Made by a program: the position numbers and the translations under genes
The notes under the pieces: model-generated
Told to the model about the DNA's origin: nothing
The model's database searches: none
Seen by the model: the letters and a program-made list of their open reading frames with translations, nothing else
In this document: piece by piece, positions 1-8,413 of the stretch
How the letters are laid out: every line of letters begins with the position of its first letter
How positions within the stretch are numbered: position 1 is the stretch's first letter
From: Candidatus Velamenicoccus archaeovorus
GTDB lineage: Bacteria; Omnitrophota; Gorgyraeia; Velamenicoccales; Velamenicoccaceae
Assembly (NCBI RefSeq): GCF_004102945.1
Contig: NZ_CP019384.1
Location: 1,740,001-1,772,000 of the forward strand
Length of the DNA stretch: 32,000 nucleotides
Direction of reading: 5' to 3'

Positions 1-1242
1 CGCACCGATCACGCTGTCGAGGCCGTTGCGTTTGATCTCCAGGGAACGCAGGCCCTTCTGCAGGGCTTCCTTGAAGGTGCGCCCGACGGCCATCGCTTCA
101 CCGACGGACTTCATCGAAGTGCCGAGAGTGGCGTCGGCACCCGGAAACTTCTCAAAGGTAAAACGCGGAACCTTGACGACGCAATAGTCGATCGTCGGCT
201 CAAAAGAGGCCGGGGTCTCCTTGGTGATGTCATTGGGGATCTCGTCGAGCGTGTAGCCGACGGCGAGCTTGGCGGCGATCTTGGCGATCGGAAACCCCGT
301 CGCCTTGGAAGCCAAGGCCGAGGATCGCGATACGCGCGGGTTGATCTCGATCATGACCATGCGGCCGTTCTTTGGATTGATGGCGAACTGGACGTTACAG
401 CCGCCTGTGTCGACACCGATCTCGCGGATGGCGCGGATGGCGGCGTCCCGCATCGTCTGGTATTCGGCGTCCGTCAAGGTCTGCGCCGGGGCGACGGTGA
501 TCGAATCTCCCGTATGAATGCCCATAGGATCGAAATTTTCGATAGAACAGATGATGACGACGTTGTCCTTGCGATCGCGCATCACCTCCAGCTCGAACTC
601 TTTCCATCCGAGGACCGATTCTTCCAGGAGGACCTCGTGGATCATGCTGTATTCCAGGCCGCGCGAAACAAGATCTTCGAATTCCTGCATGTTGAAGGCG
701 ATGCCGCCGCCGGTCCCGCCCAAGGTAAAACTCGGCCGGATCACGATCGGCATGCCGAGGATCTCGACGGCCTTCTTCGCTTCGTGCATGGACTTGATAT
801 TGATGCTGCGCGGCAGATCCAGACCGATCTTCTGCATGGCCTTTTTGAACAAATCCCTGTCTTCGGCCTTCTCGATCGCCTTGCGGTCCGCGCCGATCAT
901 CTGGACCTTATATTTTTTCAAGACGCCCCTCTTGGCCACCTCCACGGCGACGTTCAGCCCCGTCTGGCCGCCCAGCGTCGGCAGGAGCGCATCCGGCCTC
1001 TCCTTGGCAATGATCTTCTCGACGACCTCGGGCGTCACGGGCTCGATATAGGTCGCATCCGCGAATTGAGGGTCTGTCATGATGGTCGCGGGATTGGAGT
1101 TAACCAGGACAACCTTATAACCCTCTTCCCGCAAGGCCTTGCAGGCCTGGGTCCCGGAATAATCAAATTCGCAGGCCTGGGATATGATGATAGGGCCGGA
1201 GCCGATGATCATGATCTTCTTCAAATCTTTGCGTTTTGGCAT
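1..1242 (-). CDS. carB: carbamoyl-phosphate synthase large subunit, N-terminal part (runs off the window start)
   Basis: This gene is absent from the ORF track because it has no stop inside the window. Manual reverse-complement translation from the ATG at 1242..1240 gives [58 protein letters not shown]..., the canonical CarB N-terminus. An AGGGGA RBS is present and the start lies 22 nt after the carA stop. The plus-strand ORFs 514..1254 and 518..1051 are antisense shadows of it. Confidence 0.9.
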   Translation of the reverse strand, partial: MPKRKDLKKIMIIGSGPIIISQACEFDYSGTQACKALREEGYKVVLVNSNPATIMTDPQFADATYIEPVTPEVVEKIIAKERPDALLPTLGGQTGLNVAVEVAKRGVLKKYKVQMIGADRKAIEKAEDRDLFKKAMQKIGLDLPRSINIKSMHEAKKAVEILGMPIVIRPSFTLGGTGGGIAFNMQEFEDLVSRGLEYSMIHEVLLEESVLGWKEFELEVMRDRKDNVVIICSIENFDPMGIHTGDSITVAPAQTLTDAEYQTMRDAAIRAIREIGVDTGGCNVQFAINPKNGRMVMIEINPRVSRSSALASKATGFPIAKIAAKLAVGYTLDEIPNDITKETPASFEPTIDYCVVKVPRFTFEKFPGADATLGTSMKSVGEAMAVGRTFKEALQKGLRSLEIKRNGLDSVIGA

Positions 1243-1264
1243 AAATTCCCCTAAAAGATGTCTG

Positions 1265-2371
1265 CTATTTCCTTCTGCCCTTCCTGAACTTCCTCATCAT
1301 CTCCGTGAAGCGGCCAAACAGGTAACCCGCGTCATGCGGGCCGGGGCCGGCCTCGGGATGGTACTGCACGCAGAACAAAGGCAGCTGTTTGTGACGTAAT
1401 CCTTCCGTCGTCTTGTCATAAAGGTTGACGTGCGTCAAGGCGACGTTCTTATCCTTGATCGATTCCATGTCCACGCAAAAACCGTGGTTCTGCGATGTGA
1501 TCTCAACCTTGCGCGTCTCCAGGTCCATCACGGGATGGTTGCCGCCGTGGTGGCCGAATTTGAGCTTATAGGTCTTGCCGCCGAGGGCATGGCCCAGGAG
1601 CTGATGCCCCAGGCAGATGCCGAAAAGCGGCACCGCACCGATGAGTTTCCTGATCTCCTGGATGGTATAATCCAGGACCGCCGGATCGCCGGGGCCGTTG
1701 GAGAGAAAAACCCCGTCGGGTTTAAGCGCCAGCACCTCTTGCGCCTTCGTCGCTGCCGGCACGACCCTCACCTTGCACCCTGCCCGGTCAAGGAGCCGCA
1801 GGCTGTTGTATTTGATGCCGTAATCAAAGGCTACGACGAAGAACTCCTTACGGCCCCCCGCCCCCGGCCAGTCGTAGGCCTGTTTGCATGTCACGTCCCG
1901 GACAAGGTCGCGGCCGACCATCACGGGTGATGCCATGACCTTAGCCTTGAGGGAAACGACATCGAAATCACGCGTGGAAAGGATCCCTCTCATGGCCCCC
2001 GAGCTGCGGATACGCCGCGTCAACGCCCGCGTATCGAGGCCCTCGGCTGCGACGATGTTGTGTTTGGCCAGATAATCCTCGAGGGACACCGAGCCCCTCC
2101 AGCTGGAGAAGATCTTCGACTTTTCTTTGACGATAAAGCCGTCCGCCCAGGGCTTGGCCGATTCGACATCGTCGCTGTTTGTCCCGTAATTGCCGATCAG
2201 GGGATACGTCATGGTCACGATCTGACCCTTGTAGGATGGATCCGTCAGGATCTCCTGATAACCTGTCATTGACGTATTAAAGACCACCTCGCCCAAGGTC
2301 TCGCCTTCTGCGCCGAAGCTTTTTGCCTCCAGCACAAAACCGTCTTCAAGCAGTAAAATAGCCTTTTTCAT
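1265..2371 (-). CDS. carA: carbamoyl-phosphate synthase small (glutamine amidotransferase) subunit
   Basis: 368 aa. It has the N-terminal CPSase small-chain motif ([21 protein letters not shown]) and a class-I GATase domain ([16 protein letters not shown]). Its start ATG overlaps the stop of the upstream gene fragment (ATGA). Confidence 0.95.
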   Translation of the reverse strand: MKKAILLLEDGFVLEAKSFGAEGETLGEVVFNTSMTGYQEILTDPSYKGQIVTMTYPLIGNYGTNSDDVESAKPWADGFIVKEKSKIFSSWRGSVSLEDYLAKHNIVAAEGLDTRALTRRIRSSGAMRGILSTRDFDVVSLKAKVMASPVMVGRDLVRDVTCKQAYDWPGAGGRKEFFVVAFDYGIKYNSLRLLDRAGCKVRVVPAATKAQEVLALKPDGVFLSNGPGDPAVLDYTIQEIRKLIGAVPLFGICLGHQLLGHALGGKTYKLKFGHHGGNHPVMDLETRKVEITSQNHGFCVDMESIKDKNVALTHVNLYDKTTEGLRHKQLPLFCVQYHPEAGPGPHDAGYLFGRFTEMMRKFRKGRRK

Positions 2372-3187
2372 GATGTCCTTTTGATGGAAGATCCTTTCCT
2401 CGCCTTCGAGCTGTCCGTCAACTCAAGGACCTTCTCTACAGCTTCCTCAGCTGTCTTGACTTCAACGACGCCAGGGATAGACCAGGACCCCAGCCCGATG
2501 ACGGGTTTTTTCATCACTGACCTATATACAAACCATCAGAGATTTTGGAAGCGCGAATTTTGGCCGCATGCCTGCCTGTCCAAGAGAGCAGGCGAGCGCG
2601 ACGACGATGGCGTACCCTTTGTGGTACGTCGAGGAGAAACAACGCAGCAGGCGGTCAAAAGACGCCTTCCCCTCTGTTCTTAATCAGGGGGCCGGACGCT
2701 TTTGGGCTGCGACTTCGTCGCTCGTCCTTGACGTAGCGCTTCGGCTACGCCGGCGTCCTCTCCTCCTCGTCTCGCTCCAAAATCGTCACGGCCAAAACTC
2801 CGATGGTTTGTATATAGGTCAGTGGGCAAACGCGATCTCGGACAACGTCCCATACTTTCCCGGCAAGGCAATCACGGCATCCGCGCAACCCGCCACGATC
2901 GTGTTGCGGGTATAGCCTAATCCGGTAGGAATCGGTATGTCAATGAAGGGATTGGCGGCATTCTTGTCTTCTGAAGGCAAGATGCCTATGGTCAAGCCTC
3001 CTCCATTCTTTGCTCCTCTGGAAACAGCCTCCATAACCCCTTTTAAACCTCCAGTAACTATTATTGCCCCCACTTTTGCCAACAATTCACCTAATTTTAT
3101 TGAAATTCCCTCCACTTTGGCATCACATGCGTGACCGCCAACAACAGCAATAATCAACCTCTTATTCCCTGATTTATTTAAAGACAT
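2368..3187 (-). pseudogene. TIGR00725 / LOG-like (SLOG Rossmann) family gene split by a 310-bp insertion
   Basis: The N-terminal piece (track ORF 2819..3226; the likely ATG is at 3187) reads ...IIAVVGGHACD...IIVTGGLKGVMEAVSRGA...GILP...ALPGKYGTLSEIAFA and then runs H-stop into the insert. The 48-codon C-terminal piece (2514..2368) reads MKKPVIGLGSWSIPGVVEVKTAEEAVEKVLEL... Deleting 2515..2824 exactly restores one 169/182-codon ORF (..SEIAFA|MKKPVIGL..). Confidence 0.8.
2515..2824. mobile_element. foldback / MITE-like element, copy 1 (310 bp, non-autonomous)
   Basis: It has perfect 23-bp terminal inverted repeats: CACTGACCTATATACAAACCATC at 2515..2537, with the reverse complement at 2802..2824. 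The interior is self-complementary almost end to end. It is homologous to 16451..16739 and interrupts a coding gene. No flanking direct duplication is visible. Confidence 0.75.
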
Positions 3188-4475
3188 AAATAAGTTTCTC
3201 GAACTCTTTTTCTTTGGAGTTGGCAAAATAAACCGTGAACTTCAAGCTCGTCCCGGCATCATTCCCCATGAGGCGGACATACCCCTGATAAGCCTGCGAT
3301 ATATCAAACTCCTTTTCACCGTTAGCCGGGATATCCCTGAATTCCCACGGGAAAGAAAATATCTTTTTGTCGTTGATATAGATGTCCAAAGGAAGGATAT
3401 CGATCTGTTGAGGGGTCGGGTTGCGTATGACCAAAAAAAACCTGTTTTCGTCTGGATAGTTTCTTTGATAATAGATATCCTCGATGCGGAACAGAGGTTT
3501 CGCTCCCCAATCGAACGACATCTTGTCGCTCTCAATAAAGGTCGTGCAGGGAAAATTAACGCCGTCCCTGAGCTCATTGATGCCGAGCGTCAGCGCATTT
3601 TTTGTCGTCCCTGAATAGTCCCCCTGGGCGCCGAGATAAGCCAGACTGACTTTCTCGCCGATGGTCGTGATCTTGACGGCCGGCCGGGCCACATCCCACT
3701 GGGCAAAGACCTTATATGTCCCTGCCGGGACTCCCTCGATGCTGTAAGGAACTTTCTGCCCCTTGATTTCCGCGGCATCGATCTTGTCAAACATCATCTT
3801 GGACGCCGAGATATAGTTGCCGTCGCCCGTGTCCTCCAAAAGATAAACATAAAGATCGCCGGAGACCCCTTTGAGAGGCGGCAAGGTCACAACGCCCGAT
3901 ATCCGGCCTTCACCTTCTCTCTTGACAGGATTCCCCTCTCCAGGGGTCTCTTGTCGCGGCGGCTTTAAAGGATGCGGCTGGCGTTCGATAAATCTTTTTA
4001 AGAAAGCGCCCTGCCCGGATCCGGGCTCGAGCTCACCGCTCGCCCATCCCCCGGCGGCAGCCTCAGGGGTCGCGCTGCCTTCTTCCTCCGAGGCGACCAT
4101 GGCCATGATATGTTCCTTGCTTGCATCGCTGGAGACGGAAGAAAAAAGGGGCTCTTTTTCGACAACAGGCACAACAGTCCTGTCGGCTTCAAAAAGAGAC
4201 AAAGGAACATAACCCCTTTCCTGATCAAATTCTTCCTCGGACGTCATCCGGTTGATATCCTCCAAGAAGATCGTCGCACGCGTCGCCGCCTCCCCCTCGC
4301 CGGAACGCAGCACAATATATTTCGGCGTCTTTTCGACGATCTTGCCGCGCATCACCGTGCCGTTTTTCAAAATAACGACCTCCGCCCAAGCCGTGATCGA
4401 TGCGCCCAAAACAACGACCGCTGCCAGGAAAAAACCGATGATATTGAATTGAAACCGCGGTTTTTTTATAAGCAC
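3174..4475 (-). CDS. hypothetical exported / membrane-anchored protein
   Basis: 433 aa. A GTG start has a GGAGA RBS 7 nt upstream. There is an N-terminal hydrophobic segment (IIGFFLAAVVVLGASITAWA), an acidic low-complexity linker and a beta-rich C-terminal half. No family was recognised. Confidence 0.7.
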   Translation of the reverse strand: MLIKKPRFQFNIIGFFLAAVVVLGASITAWAEVVILKNGTVMRGKIVEKTPKYIVLRSGEGEAATRATIFLEDINRMTSEEEFDQERGYVPLSLFEADRTVVPVVEKEPLFSSVSSDASKEHIMAMVASEEEGSATPEAAAGGWASGELEPGSGQGAFLKRFIERQPHPLKPPRQETPGEGNPVKREGEGRISGVVTLPPLKGVSGDLYVYLLEDTGDGNYISASKMMFDKIDAAEIKGQKVPYSIEGVPAGTYKVFAQWDVARPAVKITTIGEKVSLAYLGAQGDYSGTTKNALTLGINELRDGVNFPCTTFIESDKMSFDWGAKPLFRIEDIYYQRNYPDENRFFLVIRNPTPQQIDILPLDIYINDKKIFSFPWEFRDIPANGEKEFDISQAYQGYVRLMGNDAGTSLKFTVYFANSKEKEFEKLIYVFK

Positions 4476-4501
4476 AACAAGGTCTCCTTCTGCGTCAAAT
4501 T

Positions 4502-4568
4502 TTAATTTATGCGCCTGGACAGAATCCCTGCCTGCCGGCAGGCAGGGAACTTGACACCACTAGCTCCG
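4502..4568 (-). pseudogene. duplicated 3' portion of tRNA-Arg(CCG) carrying a 22-nt palindrome at the T-loop position
   Basis: Coordinates 4502..4526 repeat 4855..4879 (TTAATTTATGCGCCTGGACAGAATC). Next comes the perfect palindrome CCCTGCCTGCCGGCAGGCAGGG (4526..4547). Then AACTTGACACCACTAGCTCCG follows, matching the tRNA sequence AACTGTCACCACTAGCTCCG. There is no 5' half. Confidence 0.6.
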
Positions 4569-4811
4569 CTCCTCGTCTCTGATAAGACGGAACCCCGAGC
4601 GATGTTAAAAAATCATCCTGAAGTCTTTATTATGCCCCCGGCAGGAATCGGTCTCGTTCGGCTGCGCCTCGCTCGCCACCGGGCCGCTCACCAACTCGCG
4701 GCCCCGCTAAACGGTCGGCCTTATCCGGCCGACCAGCGGCCTCCGGTTCGATTCCCGCTCTTCTTGCCAAAAACCGCAGCTTTCCGCATCCAAGCTACGC
4801 ACACATATCCA

Positions 4812-4852
4812 TGCCCTCGGCAGGAATCGAACCTGCAAGGCCAACTCCGAAA
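4812..4852 (-). pseudogene. orphan 3' half of a tRNA-Arg(TCG)-like gene
   Basis: The minus strand reads TTTCGGA-GTTGG-CCTT-GCAGG-TTCGATT-CCTGC-CGAGGGC-A. That is an anticodon loop with TCG, the 3' anticodon stem, the variable region, a perfect T-arm and the acceptor 3' strand. No matching 5' half (CCAAC, GCCCTCG) lies upstream. The terminal 18 nt recur at 4633..4650. Confidence 0.55.
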
Positions 4853-4862
4853 TATTAATTTA

Positions 4863-4934
4863 TGCGCCTGGACAGAATCGAACTGTCACCACTAGCTCCG
4901 GAGGCTAGTGCGCTATCCGTTGCGCTACAGGCGC
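4863..4934 (-). tRNA. tRNA-Arg (anticodon CCG)
   Basis: The minus strand reads GCGCCTG-TA-GCGC-AACGGATA-GCGC-A-CTAGC-CTCCGGA-GCTAG-TGGT-GACAG-TTCGATT-CTGTC-CAGGCGC-A. This folds as a full cloverleaf of 72 nt with no encoded CCA. Confidence 0.9.
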
Positions 4935-4945
4935 ATAAAACTCTT

Positions 4946-5030
4946 TGGTGCCCCCTGCCTGCCCTGCGGACTCGTCCGCGAAGGCAGGTATCTCTACCTG
5001 TCGGTAGACAGGCATTGGGCGACGGGGGCA
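4946..5030 (-). other. GC-rich structured element with a tRNA-like acceptor end, immediately 5' of tRNA-Arg
   Basis: The minus strand reads TGCCCCCGTCGCCCAATGCCTGTCTACCGACAGGTAGAGATACCTGCCTTCGCGGACGAGTCCGCAGGGCAGGCAGGGGGCACCA. The terminal helix is GCCCCC/GGGGGC followed by A-CCA, and there are internal hairpins (GCCTGTC/GACAGGT, GCGGAC/GTCCGC, CCTGCC/GGCAGG). It has no canonical D- or T-loop. It shares CCCTGCCTGCC with the 4526 palindrome. Confidence 0.3.
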
Positions 5031-5098
5031 TTTCAAACAAAAATGTCTAATTCCTAAATCCAAATGACGAAATGAAAAAACAATAAAAAAATCTTTTA

Positions 5099-5153
5099 GG
5101 CATTAGGGATTATCGACATTGATTCGGCATTGGACATTCGACATTTGATTATC
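5099..5153. repeat. degenerate 7-nt periodic array (GNCATT units)
   Basis: The sequence is GGCATTA GGGATTA TCGACATT GATTC GGCATT GGACATT CGACATT TGATTAT. It lies directly 3' of the endonuclease-Q-like stop codon. Confidence 0.5.
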
Positions 5154-5154
5154 C

Positions 5155-6393
5155 CTAAAATAGAGATATCTGCTCTTCGGATTTCCTGACCGGCCCCTCA
5201 TCCCCAAAGACGGAAACTTTGCCGTATTCTCCGTCATAACCGGGCTCCACCTTGACGCGTCCCGCCCGCACACGGCAGATGCCTTCGGCAACCCTGGGGT
5301 GCGCTCCGCGGTCAAGCTCTTCCTGGGGGACCTTCGTCAGGATATTGAATTCCGTACCGAACCGCTGGATCATGCCGCGATATTCCTTTTCAACAGCCAA
5401 AGACCCCTTGCCCATCTGCTTGGCGTCCGCAATAATTTCGTCGAGAGGGACGAGATTTTTGTAAGGGATCGCATTATCCGGGACAAAGCCCTCCTTGCGG
5501 TCCGCCAGCTGGACAATCCTGTTCATGACGCCGATCGTCAACGGCTTGCCGCATTTGGGGCACTTATTGGCATTTTTGCGCGACTCCTCGGGGGAAAAGC
5601 GGATCCCGCAAAGCCTGTGACCGTCATAATGGTATTTTCCCTCTTCAGGGAAGAACTCGATGGTATAAAGGAACTTTTTCTTATCTTTTGTGCGCAGGGC
5701 CTCGCGGATCTCCTGGTAATCCAGCTCGCAATTGAAAACATTGGCTTCGCGGCCGATCTTCTGCGGCGAATGCGAATCCGAGTTGGATACCAGGCTGAAT
5801 CTGTCGAGGGCGCTTAACCGCCAGTTCATCGCCGGATCCGAGCTTAAGCCCGTCTCCAGCGCAAATATTCTGGGTGTCTGCTTGCCGAAGCAATCCTCAA
5901 TCCTATCGAACCCGGACATGGAGCCAAAGAGGCTGAACCACGGCGTCCAGATGTGACCGGGGATGAGGATGCAGTTCTCGTCGGCCTCGAACACGATCCT
6001 CGCCAGATCCTCAGCATCCAATCCCAGGATCGGCCGGCCGTCGCTGGAAAGGTTGCCGACACCTGAAAGCACCCTGTTGATCGCATCCACGCTCTTGAAA
6101 GAAGGCGCCAGGATCACGTTGTGGATGCGGTACGTCCGCCCGCCTTTTGAATAGATGCTCGAGACCTCGGCGGACAGGACAAAATGCACCCCCTGGTGGA
6201 CCAAGAGCCCCTTGCCCGTCGGCTCCAGCTTCGTCTTGAGCTCTTCGAGCCACAAATGGTGCGTGAAGTCGCCCGTCCCCATCAGGGATATCCCCTTGAG
6301 CTTGGCCCACTGGGCGATATGCTCGACATCCATATCGCGGCTCGTGGCCCGGCTGTATTTGGAATGGACGTGGAAATCCGCTACGAATTCCAT
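5155..6393 (-). CDS. endonuclease Q-like PHP-domain protein with a Zn-ribbon
   Basis: 412 aa. It has an N-terminal PHP metal motif (DFHVHSKYSRATS), the motifs GHIWTPWFS and NSDSHSP, and a CPKCG zinc-ribbon followed by TIGVMNR. This matches the architecture of the endonuclease Q family, recognised by eye. Confidence 0.75.
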   Translation of the reverse strand: MEFVADFHVHSKYSRATSRDMDVEHIAQWAKLKGISLMGTGDFTHHLWLEELKTKLEPTGKGLLVHQGVHFVLSAEVSSIYSKGGRTYRIHNVILAPSFKSVDAINRVLSGVGNLSSDGRPILGLDAEDLARIVFEADENCILIPGHIWTPWFSLFGSMSGFDRIEDCFGKQTPRIFALETGLSSDPAMNWRLSALDRFSLVSNSDSHSPQKIGREANVFNCELDYQEIREALRTKDKKKFLYTIEFFPEEGKYHYDGHRLCGIRFSPEESRKNANKCPKCGKPLTIGVMNRIVQLADRKEGFVPDNAIPYKNLVPLDEIIADAKQMGKGSLAVEKEYRGMIQRFGTEFNILTKVPQEELDRGAHPRVAEGICRVRAGRVKVEPGYDGEYGKVSVFGDEGPVRKSEEQISLF

Positions 6394-6412
6394 CTTCCCT
6401 CACTTCGCTCGG

Positions 6413-6536
6413 CAGAGGACAGATGACAAAACACAGATGACAGAAAAGAATTATTACCCTCTATTCTCCGCATTCTCTCGTCCCTCATCCTCTGTTATCT
6501 GTTTTCTGTTCTGTTCTCCGTCTTCTGTTCTCTGTA
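6413..6536. repeat. two inverted arrays of a CAGNNNA heptamer (purine-rich arm and pyrimidine-rich arm)
   Basis: The left arm (6413..6447) is CAGAGGA CAGATGA CAAAACA CAGATGA CAGAAAA. The right arm (6489..6536) is TCCTCTG TTATCTG TTTTCTG TTCTG TTCTCCG TCTTCTG TTCTCTG, which are the reverse-complement units. The arrays sit in the 5' leader region of the endonuclease-Q-like gene. Confidence 0.6.
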
Positions 6537-6546
6537 AACCCATATT

Positions 6547-6588
6547 CCCCGGCCTCGGCCTGCCTTTCGGGCAAGGCCAGGGCCGGGG
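6547..6588 (-). terminator. GC-rich long hairpin downstream of the Mut7-C gene (possible terminator or RNA-stability element)
   Basis: The outer stem CCCCGGCC...GGCCGGGG encloses an inner stem GGCCT(T)GCC / GGCAGGCC with a CGAAA loop on the minus strand. No U-tract follows, so its function is uncertain. Confidence 0.35.
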
Positions 6589-6645
6589 CTTGTTTCGGGT
6601 ACCTCTAAGCGGCCACAACACTCTTGCGCCCTGAAGGGCGGAGCC

Positions 6646-7104
6646 TTAGGCCGCGCAGAGTAAACTTGTAATAATTTCTTCCACATTTTCCCAGTGCGTG
6701 CCTTTCCAGTATACCCTGCGGCAGGCGGGGCAGCGCCGGAAGACATCCACGGTCTCAAAGACATACGGCGGCACTTCTTTTTCGACGACAGCCTTGGGTA
6801 TCGCGGCCAAAGGCTCGTTGCAGAGAATGCAGCGGCTGAAAAAAAGACTGCGGTCAACGGCAAGACCCAGCTGGCCCTGAAGTTCCAGTATCTGGCCTTT
6901 CAGGTCGTTGGCGTGCAGGAAAACCACGCTGCCTCCGTGCCGCCGGCCGAAACGCATATTGCGCGTGACGACGACCCGTTCCTCCTTGAGCGCCTCCAGC
7001 ATGCAGAAGGCCTTGGAACCCGACGGCTCATAACGGGCGTCGAAGCCCAGGATCCGCAGCCATCGGCTCAGCCGGCCGAGTTCCCGCGTCAGGAGAAACT
7101 TCAT
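6646..7104 (-). CDS. Mut7-C RNase (PIN-like) domain protein with a C-terminal Zn-ribbon
   Basis: 152 aa. The N-terminus MKFLLTRELGRLSRWLRILGFDA is typical of the Mut7-C/DUF82 family. The C-terminus carries CILCN...CPACRRVYWKGTHW. The gene starts 2 nt after the pyrC stop. Confidence 0.8.
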   Translation of the reverse strand: MKFLLTRELGRLSRWLRILGFDARYEPSGSKAFCMLEALKEERVVVTRNMRFGRRHGGSVVFLHANDLKGQILELQGQLGLAVDRSLFFSRCILCNEPLAAIPKAVVEKEVPPYVFETVDVFRRCPACRRVYWKGTHWENVEEIITSLLCAA

Positions 7105-7106
7105 GT

Positions 7107-8402
7107 TCAGCCCTTATGAGAAATATTCTTCGATGTATACGCGATCTTTCCCGCGCAGATGGTGCACTCCACGGCCCCTTTAAGCCTACGGCCGAGAAAG
7201 GACGAATTATTGGATTTGGACGCAAAGGCCGCCTTGGTCACGACCCATTCCCTGGCGGGATCGATAATGACGATATCGGCGCATCTGCCCGCCTCAAGCC
7301 TTCCCTTATCGATGCCCAGGATCTTCGCCGGCGCCGACGACAACAGGCGTGCCAGCTCCATCCAGGTCATTTGGTCCGATGCGATAAATTCCGACACCAG
7401 GCTCGCGCATTCCGTCTCCAGCCCCGTGACTCCGAATTCCGCATGGTCGAACTCGATATCCTTTTCACTCTCCGTGTGCGGCGCATGGTCGGAAGCGACG
7501 GCGTCGATCACGCCGTCTCTGACGGCTTGACGCAGCGCATCTCTGTCGGCCTTCGTCCGCAGAGGCGGATTCATTTTAAAATTGGGGTCGTATGTCTCCA
7601 GAGCCTCGTCCGTAAAGATCAGATAGTGCGGGGCCGTCTCGGCGGTGACAGGTTCCCCTCGTTTTTTGGCCGCGGCGATAAGATCGACACTCTCCCGGCA
7701 GCTGACGTGCGCGATATGGACCGGGCATCCGGCCCCTGCTGCCAGACGGAGGTCGCGCTCCACACGGCGGTACTCCGCTTCTTTCGGGATACCTCTGAGG
7801 CCGAGCTCCGTAGACATGAGCCCGAGGCTCATGACGCCCTTCTGGGAGAGACGCTTGTCTTCACAGTGACAGATCACCAGAAGCCCGCACTTTTTAGCCA
7901 GGCGAAAGGCCTCTTCCATCAGGCCATCATCGTCGACGGAGGAACCGTCGTCGGTCACAGCCACGGCCCCTTCGGCCTTGAGGGCTGCAAAATCCGTCAA
8001 TTCCGTGCCGGCCCGGCCTTTGGTGATGGCCGCCGCCGCAAACACATGGCTTGAGGCCGTCTTGCGCACGATCTCCTGGAGCATGCGCAGGCGCTCCGGC
8101 GAATCCATGGCCGGCGTCGTGTTTGGCATCGCCAAAACACTCGTCACGCCGCCCTTGACGGCCGCTTTCGTTCCGGTCGCCACCGTCTCTTTGTCCTCAC
8201 GGCCGGGCTCCCGCAAATGAACATGCATATCCACAAGCCCGGGAAGAACGATCTTGCCCGACGCGTCGATGACCTTCTGCGTCCCTTCCGGAATGCCCTT
8301 GCCGATCTCGGCAATAACACCGTCTTTAACCAGAATATCCGCCGCTCCGTCGACTACTGTCGCCGCGCCGATCAAGTGTCCGTTTTTAATAAGGATATCC
8401 AT
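7107..8402 (-). CDS. pyrC: dihydroorotase
   Basis: 431 aa. Amidohydrolase motifs are present: DMHVHLREPG, AMPNTTP, HCED and ASDHAPH. Confidence 0.93.
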   Translation of the reverse strand: MDILIKNGHLIGAATVVDGAADILVKDGVIAEIGKGIPEGTQKVIDASGKIVLPGLVDMHVHLREPGREDKETVATGTKAAVKGGVTSVLAMPNTTPAMDSPERLRMLQEIVRKTASSHVFAAAAITKGRAGTELTDFAALKAEGAVAVTDDGSSVDDDGLMEEAFRLAKKCGLLVICHCEDKRLSQKGVMSLGLMSTELGLRGIPKEAEYRRVERDLRLAAGAGCPVHIAHVSCRESVDLIAAAKKRGEPVTAETAPHYLIFTDEALETYDPNFKMNPPLRTKADRDALRQAVRDGVIDAVASDHAPHTESEKDIEFDHAEFGVTGLETECASLVSEFIASDQMTWMELARLLSSAPAKILGIDKGRLEAGRCADIVIIDPAREWVVTKAAFASKSNNSSFLGRRLKGAVECTICAGKIAYTSKNISHKG

Positions 8403-8413
8403 CTCACCCTAAA

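Noticed and set aside
514-1254. Plus-strand ORFs of 246 aa and 177 aa at the left end of the window.
   Set aside because: They are antisense to a clear carB reading frame (manual translation gives the canonical CarB N-terminus). The translations are Asp/Arg/His-rich and lack motifs.
2568-2915. ORFs 2568..2915 and 16381..16731 encode similar peptides (..TTMAYPLWYVEE.QRSRRSKDAFP...GAGRFWAAT..), which could suggest a small conserved protein.
   Set aside because: The similarity is explained by the shared foldback DNA element. The frames run through the terminal inverted repeats into unrelated flanks, lack an RBS, and the element is nearly self-complementary, which constrains both strands. I treat it as non-coding repeat sequence.
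3187-3226. The upstream TTG start (3226) for the TIGR00725-family gene, as given in the track.
   Set aside because: TTG with no RBS would add 13 residues overlapping the preceding gene. The ATG at 3187 (MSLNKSGNKRLIIAVVGG) gives a family-typical length. Either way the call is unaffected.
4640-4800. tmRNA, SRP RNA or RNase P RNA in the tRNA-flanking non-coding stretch, suggested by GGTTCGATTCCCGC followed by ...TTGCCA on the plus strand.
   Set aside because: The T-stem does not pair (TCCGG against CCCGC). No complementary 5' acceptor strand lies upstream. None of the conserved tmRNA, SRP or RNase P core motifs is present.
4946-5030. A canonical tRNA, suggested by an acceptor-like helix plus CCA.
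   Set aside because: There is no T-loop (TTCGANN) or D-loop consensus. The candidate anticodon hairpins have 6- or 8-nt loops. I kept it only as an unclassified structured element or a likely tRNA-derived pseudogene.
4509-5050. Plus-strand ORFs 4509..4895 and 4862..5050, which begin with the same MRLDRI peptide.
   Set aside because: The shared N-terminus is simply the duplicated tRNA-Arg 3' end read in the antisense direction. The region is tRNA and repeat DNA.
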